A stretch of 36,316 nucleotides of DNA from Polyangiales bacterium (GCA_045106895.1 JBGCFM010000269.1:1-36316), one strand, 5' to 3'. Numbered from the stretch's first letter, positions 16,644 through 26,172 are shown. Numbers and translations: made by a program. The notes: generated by a model not told the origin, from the sequence alone.

Positions 16644-18098
16644 TTGGAACGCATCTTCGCCAGCCTTTGCTTGTCCGCCGCCCTCCTCGCCGCCTGCGAT
16701 TCCGCGGCCTTTGACGCGGAACTCCTCGCCATTGATTCGGTGGGGCCTGCCGGCGTGCGCGAAGGCCAGTCCTTGGTCGTTGATGGGACCGGCTTTGAAG
16801 CAGGCCAAGACGGCGACGTGGTGCTGAGCGGAACCTACGCTCGTCCCGGAGAGCTACCACGCGGAGTCCAGTATCACGTTCCGGCGCACGCGCTCTCCGC
16901 GACGCGCGTCGCCGCGCGGATTGGCGCCGCCGACTTTCAACGGCTCGGCGGGCGCGGGACCTTCTCCGGTCGCGTGAGCGTTGAGTTCGCCGCCGAAGCG
17001 AGCGGCGCCGTCCTGCGAGGCGCCATCGACGATGTCGTTCTCGATTTTCAGCCACGTGGCGCCATCCTCGCGGACCGCTTGGACGAGCAGGGCGCCGCTG
17101 CGGCGGAAGAGCTCGGCATCGAGCCGGCGGACGAGTCCCTCGACGCGGGCCTCGTGCTTCGGGCGGCGTCCGGGAGCGCGGAAGCGGCCGGCCTCCGGGC
17201 TGGGGACACCATCGTTTCGTTCGCGGGCGTGCAGGTCCACGCACATTCCGATCTTCGGCTCCCTCCGGACGGCGCCGCGATCCCGCTCTTCGTGTCGCGC
17301 GACGGAGTACGTGGGCTTGTCCACCTGCAGCTCCCCGGCACGGCGACGCCACCGCTTGCCGTGCCCTGGACAGCGCTCGGTCTGCTGATGTTCGTTCTTC
17401 TTTTGGCCGGTCTCCCGGCACGAGCTCTCGGTCGCTATTGCTGGTCCTTGCGGGAAGCCTGGACCGCGGGAGGTATGTTCTCCCAAGGGCTCATGGCCCT
17501 CGTGGCGGCGCTTCTCGCGGCGCTCTCCCACGACCTTCTCCAGGTGAGCGTGTTGGTCTTGGCCTTCGTGTATGCGCTGACGCGGAGTTCGCCGCTCCAG
17601 GCCGCGCTTCACGCGTCGCCGGTCGTGGGCGTTCTTTTCTACGCGTCGCGTCTCGTACCGAACGGAGGGCTGGCACCCGAGACGTGGCCGTGTGTCCGCG
17701 ACCCGCTCATGCTCGCGCTCTTCGCTTTCGGCTTTATTGCCGTTGCGAGCGCCGACCAGGGAAAGAGCTCGCCCGCCGTTCAGTGGCTCGAGCGGGCGTT
17801 TCGTGCAGTCGCGCTCACGGCGCTCGTGGCAGCGTTCACGTCGCCAAACGCCCTCGTTGTATGCGCCTTGGCGTTCATCCTCGGCATCGCCACGCCTCCT
17901 CTCCGGGCCTCCGCGTTGCGCTCTGCCGTTCTCCTCGGTGGCGTTCTCGGCATCGCGCTCCTCTCTATGGCGGGCATTCGCCTGGCACCACCCGAGGGAG
18001 TTGAGCTCGGACTTGTGCCTTTTGCGCTCCTCTTCGCGCTCGTCAGCGCATGGGTGAGCACACGCGCGCGACCACTGCGGGTCTCATTCGGGTTGTAG
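16644..18098 (+). CDS. Putative lipoprotein with Ig-like and PDZ-like domains and a C-terminal multi-TM region
   Basis: A TTG at 16644 gives the signal MERIFASLCLSAALLAAC (lipobox LAAC). PDZ-like SAEAAGLRAGDTIVSFAG; hydrophobic C-terminal half. The ORF-track start is 16608. Confidence 0.65.
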   Translation: MERIFASLCLSAALLAACDSAAFDAELLAIDSVGPAGVREGQSLVVDGTGFEAGQDGDVVLSGTYARPGELPRGVQYHVPAHALSATRVAARIGAADFQRLGGRGTFSGRVSVEFAAEASGAVLRGAIDDVVLDFQPRGAILADRLDEQGAAAAEELGIEPADESLDAGLVLRAASGSAEAAGLRAGDTIVSFAGVQVHAHSDLRLPPDGAAIPLFVSRDGVRGLVHLQLPGTATPPLAVPWTALGLLMFVLLLAGLPARALGRYCWSLREAWTAGGMFSQGLMALVAALLAALSHDLLQVSVLVLAFVYALTRSSPLQAALHASPVVGVLFYASRLVPNGGLAPETWPCVRDPLMLALFAFGFIAVASADQGKSSPAVQWLERAFRAVALTALVAAFTSPNALVVCALAFILGIATPPLRASALRSAVLLGGVLGIALLSMAGIRLAPPEGVELGLVPFALLFALVSAWVSTRARPLRVSFGL

Positions 18099-18698
18099 GC
18101 GGCTCAACCTTGAAAACGCACCGTCGCTGAGCGCGTTCAGCATCGCGGCGAGCTCTTCGATGCGCACTTCGTGGGCCAGGTCGACGACGCCCAGGAGGTC
18201 GCGTTCGAGCTGAAGTCTGCGCCGCTCGAAGTACACGCCGACGACGAGGCGGCTCCTTTGGACTTTTGCTTCACGGCGTCGCGCTGTCTCTCGAGCAAGA
18301 GCGACTTCGTCAGGACCGTACACCAGTCGATTCAGGTCCCACGTCAACGCCACCTCCAGGGTCAGGGAGTCGTCGGTGGAGTAGCGAAGGTCATCCACGC
18401 GCTCGCTCAAGTCGACGGCCTGACCGCGGCGCGCCCGCCCGCGCACCTGAGGCAAGAGCGCCGCAAGGCGACCTCTTCGCACCAAGCGATTCATGGTCTC
18501 GGCGCTCAGCTCTGGAAGCGTATCAACGGCATGTAGCAACGCTTCGATGCTCGCTTCATGCCGGTATCGGAGGGCGGCTGCCCGAACCTGGGCGGGAGAG
18601 GGTTCTGCCCTCGGCGCTGGCACGCCGTCACGAGGGTCCTGTGCTGAAGCGACAGACGCGAAGCCGAAGCAGATCACAAAGGCGAGATACCGAGTCAT
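18084..18698 (-). CDS. Secreted hypothetical protein resembling a single TolC/OEP repeat
   Basis: Signal peptide MTRYLAFVICFGFASVASA; LLPQVRGRA...LEVALTWDLNRL...LVVGVYFERRRLQ. The ATG overlaps the upstream stop. Confidence 0.6.
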   Translation of the reverse strand: MTRYLAFVICFGFASVASAQDPRDGVPAPRAEPSPAQVRAAALRYRHEASIEALLHAVDTLPELSAETMNRLVRRGRLAALLPQVRGRARRGQAVDLSERVDDLRYSTDDSLTLEVALTWDLNRLVYGPDEVALARETARRREAKVQRSRLVVGVYFERRRLQLERDLLGVVDLAHEVRIEELAAMLNALSDGAFSRLSRLQPE

Positions 18699-18976
18699 GG
18701 CAGGGCTGCTCTTTCTTCCGCGAGTTGCCAATGGCAGAGCTCGGCGCTGTGGCATTGCGCTCTGTCCACGGCGCGGGTGTTGGTGCTAAGCGCCGCGGGC
18801 GCGTCGGCGGCCCTGGCACGCCCTCGAACTTCCAAGCCGAGGGACGCGCCGGCGGCCTGCGCTTCTGGGTCGCGCGTCCAATGCAGGCGCAAAGATAGAC
18901 TTGGCGCGAGCGTGCCGCAGGAGGATGTGACGAGGGCCAATGCACACACCACACCGGTTTGCCATGTTGGACGCAT
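18695..18976 (-). CDS. Small hypothetical (putative lipoprotein)
   Basis: SD-like GAGGGGG, signal-like N-terminus ending VTSSC, ATGA coupling to the downstream gene. Confidence 0.5.
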   Translation of the reverse strand: MRPTWQTGVVCALALVTSSCGTLAPSLSLRLHWTRDPEAQAAGASLGLEVRGRARAADAPAALSTNTRAVDRAQCHSAELCHWQLAEERAALP

Positions 18977-19086
18977 GCCCCCTCTTGGTGCATCAAGTGC
19001 GCCGCACCGAGAATCGGAAGAATCGCGAAGGTCTGCAGTGCCGGTGGGCCGCGACGCCGGAGCCCGCCGGCGCTCGCCGCCCGTGG

Positions 19087-20007
19087 CTACACGCGGCGTG
19101 GCTCAGCGTGGGCCACGGACACGAAGCGTTCTCCGGCGAGCAGGCCAATCGCGGCGGTCACACGTGAACCTGGGGGCGCGGGAATGCTCCCTTCGCCTTC
19201 GAAGACCGTCGCGTCACCCGCTTGAAGGTCGAAGGTCTCACGGAGAATCCCGCCGCTGGAGGATGCTCGAACGACGACGACGCGCGCCGTGGGACGTCCC
19301 TGTGGGCCGAGGATCGACTGGGCTCGCTCCGCCGCGGCCTTCGGGAGGGACCAGGCGACGATGAGCTGGCCTTCCGGACCGCGGACGAATACCACCTCGC
19401 CCGTGGCGTGGCTGTCGTCGTCTTCCTCGGAAGCCCCAACGTTCGGTGTCGTCTTCGATGTACGGGTGCGTTTGCTCCCCAGGGCCGCGGCTTCTTCTTC
19501 GAGGGAAGCGTCTCCAGGCTGTTCACGAAGGAGCTTTTTGTAGATGGCGAGTGCACGTCGCGGGTGGCCCTGCGCGGCGAGCAGACGGGCCATCGTCCGC
19601 GTCGCGATAGGTTCTTGCATCGCTCCATCATCGTCTTCGACGAGCGTTGCGTCGGCGATGACCTTCTTGGGTGCGAGCCGTGCGGTCTCGCCCGACGCCG
19701 GAGCTTTGTTCTGCACGGGATCCTTCGCCGGCTCGCTCGCTTTTGGTTTCTCCGCCGCCGGCGTGGGCTTCGCCTTGGGTGCAGGCTTCGGGGCCTCCGG
19801 GACCGGCAGAGCGGGTCGAAGGGAGAGCGCGAAATTCGCGGCGCGTTTTAGAAAACGTCCCGCGCGGCGGAGGGGCGCCGTGTGGTGCATTCGGATTCGC
19901 AGGATCAAATCCGCGGATTCCTTGCGATGAGGTGCCCAGACGCCGATTCGTCGCGCCTCCGCTTCGAGCTTTGCTCGGTCCCACGATTCAATGCGTTTTA
20001 GATCCAT
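19087..20007 (-). CDS. Hypothetical protein: Rho-N-like helix pair, Pro/Ala/Lys linker, TPR motif, DUF4912-like C-terminus
   Basis: WDRAKLEAEARRIGV..HRKESADLILRI; TRTMARLLAAQGHPRRALAIYKKLL; VVFVRGPEGQLIVAWSL. Starts 4 nt after the ribF stop. Confidence 0.6.
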   Translation of the reverse strand: MDLKRIESWDRAKLEAEARRIGVWAPHRKESADLILRIRMHHTAPLRRAGRFLKRAANFALSLRPALPVPEAPKPAPKAKPTPAAEKPKASEPAKDPVQNKAPASGETARLAPKKVIADATLVEDDDGAMQEPIATRTMARLLAAQGHPRRALAIYKKLLREQPGDASLEEEAAALGSKRTRTSKTTPNVGASEEDDDSHATGEVVFVRGPEGQLIVAWSLPKAAAERAQSILGPQGRPTARVVVVRASSSGGILRETFDLQAGDATVFEGEGSIPAPPGSRVTAAIGLLAGERFVSVAHAEPRRV

Positions 20008-20011
20008 CGCT

Positions 20012-20908
20012 CTAGATCCATCCCCAAGTGTTCTCGTCTGCCTGCGCGAGAGCTTGCACCGACACTGTCCGATCGGCCTGTAGCTGAGCCACCAGCTCGT
20101 CTACGCCCGAGAAGCGTCGTTCGCCGCGTAGGTGATGGACGAATGCGACGCGTATGACCTCGCCATAGATGTCCTTGTGAAAGTCGAAGAGGTGCACTTC
20201 CGTTGAGCGGCCCGCCTCGAAGGTTGGTCGTGTTCCGATATTCGCCATGCCACGGACGAGCTTCTCGCCAACGCGCGCTACGACGGCGTACACGCCGTCT
20301 GCAGGAAGGAGCCCCTCCTGGGCGCCGAGGTTCGCCGTCGGAAAGCCAATCGTCCGGCCGCGCTGATGCCCAAGCACAACCTCCGCTTCGACGTCGTGGG
20401 CGCGTCCTAAAAGGCGCGTGGCGGTGGCTGTGTCGGCGGCTTGAAGCGCCGTTCGAATTCGCGTCGATGAGATCGGCTCCTCGGCATCGTTTACAGCGTC
20501 GACAACAACAACGCGATCGCCATGTTTCTTGCCGAGCTCCTGCAAGGTATCTGTGTTGCCAGCGGCGCCCGCTCCAAAACGAAAATCGGAGCCGACGACG
20601 ACGACGCGCGCTTGTTGTTCTTTGACGACGACCTGAGTGACAAAGTCCTCAGGCGTCAGCGCCGCAAAACTCGCGTCGAAGGTTTGCACATGAACTTCAT
20701 CCGCGCCGGAGCGAAGCAAGAGCTGCTTCCGCCTTCGCGGCGACGTGAGAAGGGGCCCGGTCCGTCTGCCGAAATAGTCGGAGGGGTGGGGGTCAAAAAA
20801 GAGCGCGCGTACGGGACCTTTTTCCGGGGCATCAGCGCTCGCTCGTAGGAGCGCCCTGTGGCCGAGGTGGACCCCGTCGAAGTTCCCGATCGTCAATATG
20901 CACGACAC
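20012..20908 (-). CDS. ribF: Bifunctional riboflavin kinase/FAD synthetase
   Basis: TIGNFDGVHLGH, FDPHP, VGSDFRFG, ISSTRIR, GRTIGFPTANL, GVYA, NIGTRPTF, EVHLFDF, LRGERRF. Start set at GTG 20908. Confidence 0.96.
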   Translation of the reverse strand: MSCILTIGNFDGVHLGHRALLRASADAPEKGPVRALFFDPHPSDYFGRRTGPLLTSPRRRKQLLLRSGADEVHVQTFDASFAALTPEDFVTQVVVKEQQARVVVVGSDFRFGAGAAGNTDTLQELGKKHGDRVVVVDAVNDAEEPISSTRIRTALQAADTATATRLLGRAHDVEAEVVLGHQRGRTIGFPTANLGAQEGLLPADGVYAVVARVGEKLVRGMANIGTRPTFEAGRSTEVHLFDFHKDIYGEVIRVAFVHHLRGERRFSGVDELVAQLQADRTVSVQALAQADENTWGWI

Positions 20909-21050
20909 GCGGCGAGTATTGCGACGAGGGTACCTCGCGTCCAAGGGAAACTGCGAAAGTGGCATAAGCCAGGGGTTTCTTGGTGACGAGACCTAAAACT
21001 CGACCCTACCCCTTGCACCTCGCCGTTTCGGCAGGAAGTTTGAAAGAGTC

Positions 21051-21701
21051 ATGACCGCTTTTTTCGTCGCGATGGGGGTCTTCTCAGCCGGGCTCGCAGC
21101 CTTGGGGTTCGTCGCTTGGCGTGCCCACCGCCGTCCACCCCTCGAGGGGGTGCGCACGACGAGTATCGCCGATTTGGAGACCGGTCGCTTTCGAATCGCC
21201 GGGACCATCGTGTCTGAGCGAAGTGTACCGAGTCCCTACGATGGTGCGCCTTGTGTCTTTTTCGAACACGCGGACTACGCGCCCACCTTGGGGCCAGGAC
21301 TGCTTGTGCGCCAAACCGAGCGATGGACCGAGGGGAGAGCGTTCTACGTCGACGATGGCACCGGTCGCGTGCGTGTGGATCCACTTCAGAGTGTCGTGGA
21401 GGCCGCCGTTCTCCACGAAGACCAGGGTCTCACAGCCGAACGGCGACTGCGCGTGGGCGAAGAGATCGAAGTCGTCGCGTCCTTTGCTCTTCGCGAACCG
21501 GACGAGGCATCGCCCTACCGCGACGCCGGCTTCGAGTGGCGCTCTATCTCCGATGAGTGGGGCGCTCCTCGCCTCAGCTATCGAACGATGCCGGGCATGC
21601 TCCAGCCGCAAGATGACATCGGCGTGTTCATCCGCGCATCGAGCATCTTCGTCGCCAGCGTGACGCTTCTACTCGGTGCCCTCGTCGCCCTCGTCGGTTA
21701 G
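21051..21701 (+). CDS. Membrane-anchored GIDE-domain-like protein (no RING)
   Basis: TM at both ends; SPYDGAPCVFFE, FYVDDGTGRVRVDP, ERRLRVGEEIEV pattern. Confidence 0.6.
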   Translation: MTAFFVAMGVFSAGLAALGFVAWRAHRRPPLEGVRTTSIADLETGRFRIAGTIVSERSVPSPYDGAPCVFFEHADYAPTLGPGLLVRQTERWTEGRAFYVDDGTGRVRVDPLQSVVEAAVLHEDQGLTAERRLRVGEEIEVVASFALREPDEASPYRDAGFEWRSISDEWGAPRLSYRTMPGMLQPQDDIGVFIRASSIFVASVTLLLGALVALVG

Positions 21702-21720
21702 CCCCCTGCGAAGGCGACAC

Positions 21721-23544
21721 CTAGATGCGGATCTCGCCGGCGCAGATCTGCGCCCAGGCCAGAGCGTTCAGGGGCCGGTAGGACTGACCGTCGAAGTAGT
21801 AGAGCGGGTCCAGCACTCGGGAAGGGTCGGCTCCTTCTTTGCGGAGCAACGCGGTCTTTGTTTTGTGTGTGGGCGTGGCATCCGTCGCAGCCACGATGCG
21901 CAGGAAACGTGGGCGCGCCGCAGCTGGGCATTCGATGGAAGCCATCGTCTCTACGCAAGCACTGACCTCGATGGCCGGAATGATCGCCGCCAGGCCCGCG
22001 CGCCCTTCCTGTCCAGGCACTTCGACACCGACCACAGCGATGGACTTCAGGGCTGGAGAGGTGAAGAGGTTTGTAACCTCCTGCGTCGAGACGTTTTCGC
22101 CTTTCCATCGGTAGGTGTCCCCAAGGCGGTCGACGAAGTAGAAGAAGTCGTTTTCGTCGTAACGAAGCAAATCTCCGCTTCGAAAGTAGCGGTCCCCTTG
22201 GCGAAAACAGTTCTCGAGGACCTTGGCGCGGGTGGCGTTTTCATCGGTGTATCCACGGAACTTCGTCGCGTCCCCGATGAGTCCGCCGCGCGCCGAGCTC
22301 ATACGAACGAGGAGTTCGCCGGCTTCCCCCTCATCGCACTCGATGAGGAACCCGCGCTCGTCGCGGACGAGCTCACCGCTCTCCACGTCGTAGCGCGCCA
22401 GACGCAGCCAGCCGATCTGACGGAGAGGCAAATGGCCGATGCTGCCGGGTCGTTCGCTGAAGTTGATGAGTCCACCGGGGGATTCCGTCGCTGCGTAGAA
22501 CTCACGGATGGCGGCAATGCCGAAACGCTCTTTGAGCGTGGCCCAGGCCGCGGGTCGTAGGCCGTTGCCAAAGGCGACGCGGAGCGTGTGGGGGCCGCTC
22601 GGTTCATATTCGCTCTCGGCGATGTAGCGTCCGAGCTCTCCAATATAGTTGAAGGCCGTCGCGCGATAGCGTTGAACGTCGGGCCAAAAGTGGCGGGCAC
22701 TGAAGCCGTCTCGAATCGCCATCGGCGTGCCGCTCATGATGGACGCGCCGGCCCCGAGGAGGAGCGCGTTCGCGTGAAAGAGGGGCAGCACGCAGTAGAG
22801 GAGCTCGTCGTTGCGTGGCTCAAACCGGTAGCCGAGCTGCGCTGCTGCGGCGCCCGCCATCGTGGCGCGTGAGTGACCGACGCGGCACGGCTTGGGCAAG
22901 CCCGTCGTACCGGACGTATAGATATAGACGAAGTCCTCGTCTTGGCGGACGCGCCGAAGTGGGTAGGTCGGACGCGTCACGGCGCGCGCACGGGCCAGTA
23001 GATCGTCCAGGAGGAGCGATTCCGAGGCTTGGAGAAGGGAGAGTGGCTCGGCGGCGACAATGCGCACGGCGGACGCGGCGCGCACGGCGTGCTCCAGGGG
23101 AGAGACAGACGTTGTCGGCGCCGTCGACCCCTGGGTGAGGGCAGGGTTGACGAGCGCCGCGGTTGCGCCCACCCGACCGAGGGCCAGGACCATCGCCAGG
23201 TACGCCGGGGAGTTCTTTGCGATGAGAGCGACGACATGCCCGCGCTCGATGCCTTCGTCGTCGAGTACATGAGCGAGCCCCGATACGACGCGCTCGAGGT
23301 CACCCCAGGTCCACCGCTCGTCGTCCATCCACAGGGCCAGCGCGTTCGGCCGTTTCCTCGCTTGGCCGGCGGCGGCATGGACGAGGGTCTGGCCCGCAAG
23401 GGTGCGTGCCAGCGCCGGAAGGAGACGCGCGAAGCCGGGCGTGTGGCGTAGCAGGTCCAAATAAGGCGCCCTCGCATCGCCGCTGCGAAGGGCGTGTAGG
23501 ACATCTTGGCTTGCGCCGCGGAGGCTCTCGAGGGCTGCGAACAC
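21721..23544 (-). CDS. Long-chain acyl-CoA synthetase (FATP/FadD6-like)
   Basis: YIYTSGTTGLPK, LPLFHA, YIGELGRY, GNGLRP, EFYAATE, YFRSGDL, FYFVDRLGDTYRWKGENVST. Start re-set to GTG 23544; the ORF-track start 23619 overlaps the divergent gene. Confidence 0.92.
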   Translation of the reverse strand: MFAALESLRGASQDVLHALRSGDARAPYLDLLRHTPGFARLLPALARTLAGQTLVHAAAGQARKRPNALALWMDDERWTWGDLERVVSGLAHVLDDEGIERGHVVALIAKNSPAYLAMVLALGRVGATAALVNPALTQGSTAPTTSVSPLEHAVRAASAVRIVAAEPLSLLQASESLLLDDLLARARAVTRPTYPLRRVRQDEDFVYIYTSGTTGLPKPCRVGHSRATMAGAAAAQLGYRFEPRNDELLYCVLPLFHANALLLGAGASIMSGTPMAIRDGFSARHFWPDVQRYRATAFNYIGELGRYIAESEYEPSGPHTLRVAFGNGLRPAAWATLKERFGIAAIREFYAATESPGGLINFSERPGSIGHLPLRQIGWLRLARYDVESGELVRDERGFLIECDEGEAGELLVRMSSARGGLIGDATKFRGYTDENATRAKVLENCFRQGDRYFRSGDLLRYDENDFFYFVDRLGDTYRWKGENVSTQEVTNLFTSPALKSIAVVGVEVPGQEGRAGLAAIIPAIEVSACVETMASIECPAAARPRFLRIVAATDATPTHKTKTALLRKEGADPSRVLDPLYYFDGQSYRPLNALAWAQICAGEIRI

Positions 23545-23549
23545 AGGAT

Positions 23550-23611
23550 ATCCTAGCAGGCGAGTGCCGGTCTTCAGAGAACTTCCATTGGCGTTCAGTC
23601 GAGGATAGACT
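23550..23611. promoter_or_regulatory. Back-to-back divergent -10 elements
   Basis: Minus strand: TGC-TAGGAT(23555-23550)-N5-GTG 23544. Plus strand: TAGACT(23606-23611)-N6-ATG 23618. Confidence 0.55.
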
Positions 23612-23617
23612 TGCGCC

Positions 23618-24004
23618 ATGCCAACCTGGAGCGAAGTTCAAGACTACGCACGTTCGAAGTACAAGCTTGCTGAGGACAACGAGAACAGCTTCAAGCTGGT
23701 TTTCGAGTACGAGAATGACCGACTGCAAGCTGTGATCGTCTCGCGATACACAGCCATCAAGAAGGAGTGGTGCGACTTCTCCTCAGCAGCGTGCACCATC
23801 GATCAGATGCCGCCTGAGGTCGCGCTCCAAAAGAACTTCGAGTTTGCCGTCGGAGCTCTCACCCTCGACAAGAACATCTACGTCGTTCGCTACAGCGTTC
23901 AGATGGCGACGATGGACATGGAGGAGTTCGAGCTACCGCTCCACGTCGTCTCGTCGACGGCGGACAAGATCGAGCAAGAGTTCGGCAAACAAGACGAGTT
24001 CTAG
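23618..24004 (+). CDS. Small acidic protein, possibly YbjN/T3SS-chaperone-like fold
   Basis: 128 aa with a clean coding-like composition; pattern of helix, beta-strands, GALTL..YVVRYS and C-terminal helix ADKIEQEF. Confidence 0.65.
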   Translation: MPTWSEVQDYARSKYKLAEDNENSFKLVFEYENDRLQAVIVSRYTAIKKEWCDFSSAACTIDQMPPEVALQKNFEFAVGALTLDKNIYVVRYSVQMATMDMEEFELPLHVVSSTADKIEQEFGKQDEF

Positions 24005-24030
24005 AACTCGCTCGTTTCGACGAGGTGTTC
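24004..24030. terminator. Hairpin between convergent genes (possible terminator)
   Basis: CTCGT-TTCG-ACGAG (24011-24024) with flanking GAAC/GTTC pairing; no clear U-tract. Confidence 0.35.
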
Positions 24031-24073
24031 TCGACGATCGCATCGGAGCATCAAAAACCGTGTGGTCGGCGCA

Positions 24074-25333
24074 CTAGCTTGGCGGGTGGGCCGCGGACCA
24101 ACTTTCATAGTCAGCGTAGCCTGTCTTCTCCCAACGTTCGTGGACGAAGGCATCAACGCTCGCGGCGTCCGACGTCGCTGGGTACGTGAGGGCGGAGTCG
24201 ACGGTCGCTTTCGCTGCGGCGCGCACCGCCGCATGAAACTCGTCAGCGCTCATGTCGCGAATGAGACGCTCACCGACCTCCGAGGCGTTCTTCCGGCTGT
24301 GACGAATATTCCCGCGCCCAGTGAGCGTGTTGCCTAAACCAAAGACGCCAGCCCGGTCGCGTAGCGCACCGGTCTCTTCGTCGACGAAGTCGTAGAGTTC
24401 GCCCTTCATCGGTATCCCTTCAATGAACTCTGGCAGGCTCCCGATGGAACTGACCGTGAGGTCCGAGCGAACTTCGAACTCCTCGTCGGTACCCACGACG
24501 CGCCCGCCCTCGATGGCGTTCCGGCGAAACACGAGGCCAACGAGTCGCCCATCTTCAACCAGCGTGCGTGTGGGGGACGCGAGGGTCTCGACCTGCACGA
24601 GGTAGCGGCTCATGACGCGGTCGAGGATTTTTTTGCGCGCACGGCCTGCCTTTTCGCGGGCAGCCTCATCGGCGTTCGATTCGAGAGGGGAGAGAGACAT
24701 GTCGACGACTCGTCGGCGATACGCGAGTGTGGGTCGGCGAACGGTTGGAACCTCTACTCCTGCTTTCTCGCACCACGCTGGAATTCCGCGATGCTCGAGT
24801 GCTTCCGCGTCGACGTCATGGCCCTGCGCGCGAAGAGCCGCGGCGTGGGTTTCGAGGGACATGATCTTTGCGACGTCGATGGACGCGAGGCCGCCTCCGA
24901 CGACGAGGCCTCCTTCCGGAATCGGTTGGAGTTCGTCGCGGTTGAAACGTTGCACGAACGGGTTTTGGTACTCGAAACCCTTCCCCACAAACGCGTCGAT
25001 GCCATCGAGGGGAAGGCGCCGATCACGCCACGCGCCCGTCGCGAGCACGACCGCTGTGAACCCGGCGCGCCGCAGAGCGTCGAAGCTGATGTCCTCGCCG
25101 ATACCGGTCTCTGGCACAAAGCGGACGCCTGGCTGGTTCAGGTTGGCGTCGATTCGTTTGTATTCTTGCTCGCGCAGCTTGCTGTGCCAGCGCGGGAGGC
25201 CCTCTTCAATCTTCCCGTAGGGGCGCGGGTTTCGTTCGATGACGACAACCTTCGCTCCTGCCTCCACGGCAAGGGCTGCGGCTTCGGAACCTGCGACGGC
25301 TCCTCCCACGACGGCGATGATGACATCCTCCAT
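24074..25333 (-). CDS. FAD/NAD(P)-dependent oxidoreductase (ferredoxin-NADP reductase/GltD-like)
   Basis: IAVVGGAVAG, ERNPRPYG, LATGAW, VVGGGLASIDVA, YRR, SIG; SD GGAGG. Confidence 0.85.
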   Translation of the reverse strand: MEDVIIAVVGGAVAGSEAAALAVEAGAKVVVIERNPRPYGKIEEGLPRWHSKLREQEYKRIDANLNQPGVRFVPETGIGEDISFDALRRAGFTAVVLATGAWRDRRLPLDGIDAFVGKGFEYQNPFVQRFNRDELQPIPEGGLVVGGGLASIDVAKIMSLETHAAALRAQGHDVDAEALEHRGIPAWCEKAGVEVPTVRRPTLAYRRRVVDMSLSPLESNADEAAREKAGRARKKILDRVMSRYLVQVETLASPTRTLVEDGRLVGLVFRRNAIEGGRVVGTDEEFEVRSDLTVSSIGSLPEFIEGIPMKGELYDFVDEETGALRDRAGVFGLGNTLTGRGNIRHSRKNASEVGERLIRDMSADEFHAAVRAAAKATVDSALTYPATSDAASVDAFVHERWEKTGYADYESWSAAHPPS

Positions 25334-25380
25334 GTGCTCGATCCTCCCACCAGTACCTTACCAGGTTGCCGGGGAAAGGT

Positions 25381-26172
25381 TCAGGCTTCGACGTGAGGGC
25401 GTTGGGCCGTGACGATCAAGAAGGGCGCCTCTTCATCCCACACGGACTGGTCGAAGTCGCCGTGGACGACGAGAAGCTCAAGGCCTGCTTCGCTGAGCAG
25501 TGACTCCAGCTGTCCCCGAAGCAGGTAGCGTTGGGGAATCGCAGCCTCTTCGGTGTCGCGCCCATCCGCCGGTACATGAACGTAGGTCGCGTCGATTCGC
25601 TGGGCGTCGCGGTTCCACCTGGAGGATTCGTATACGTCCCAGTCCGTACCGAGCGCTTTGACTCGTCGTACGAAGGACTCTTCGCTTTCGGCGGCGTCGT
25701 CTTCTTCTTGGGCGTGGAAGCCGTCGGCGGCATAGCCGTCGAACACGAAGAGCCCACCGGGGACCAAGTGTTCGTAGACTTGGCGCAGCATGGCCCGCAA
25801 GTCCGCGAGTTCGAGGAGGCAGTACACACCATTGTACGGACACACGATTCGATCGAAGCGCTCTCCGAGTCGGAACGAGCGCATGTCCGCGGCGACGAAA
25901 TGTCCATCGGGGACGCGCCTTTGCGCTTCCTCTATGGCGGCCGGAGACAGGTCCACACCACTCACAGCAACCCCCTCCGCGCGCATCGCTTCGGCGATGC
26001 GACCGTGGCCGCACCCGAGCTCAAGCACGGAGTCCGCTCCTCGCACGACGGCTTGGTAGAACGCCTTATCGACGCTTCGCTCGCCGTGCACGGAGCGGTA
26101 GAGACCCGGAGGGTAGCTTTCACTACGCTTGGCATCTTGGGCGGACGCCGACTCTGGGTCTCTCACACTCAC
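25381..26172 (-). CDS. Class I SAM-dependent methyltransferase
   Basis: VLELGCGHGR, GVDLS, ADMRSF, FDRIV, HLVPGGLFVFD. Confidence 0.92.
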   Translation of the reverse strand: MSVRDPESASAQDAKRSESYPPGLYRSVHGERSVDKAFYQAVVRGADSVLELGCGHGRIAEAMRAEGVAVSGVDLSPAAIEEAQRRVPDGHFVAADMRSFRLGERFDRIVCPYNGVYCLLELADLRAMLRQVYEHLVPGGLFVFDGYAADGFHAQEEDDAAESEESFVRRVKALGTDWDVYESSRWNRDAQRIDATYVHVPADGRDTEEAAIPQRYLLRGQLESLLSEAGLELLVVHGDFDQSVWDEEAPFLIVTAQRPHVEA

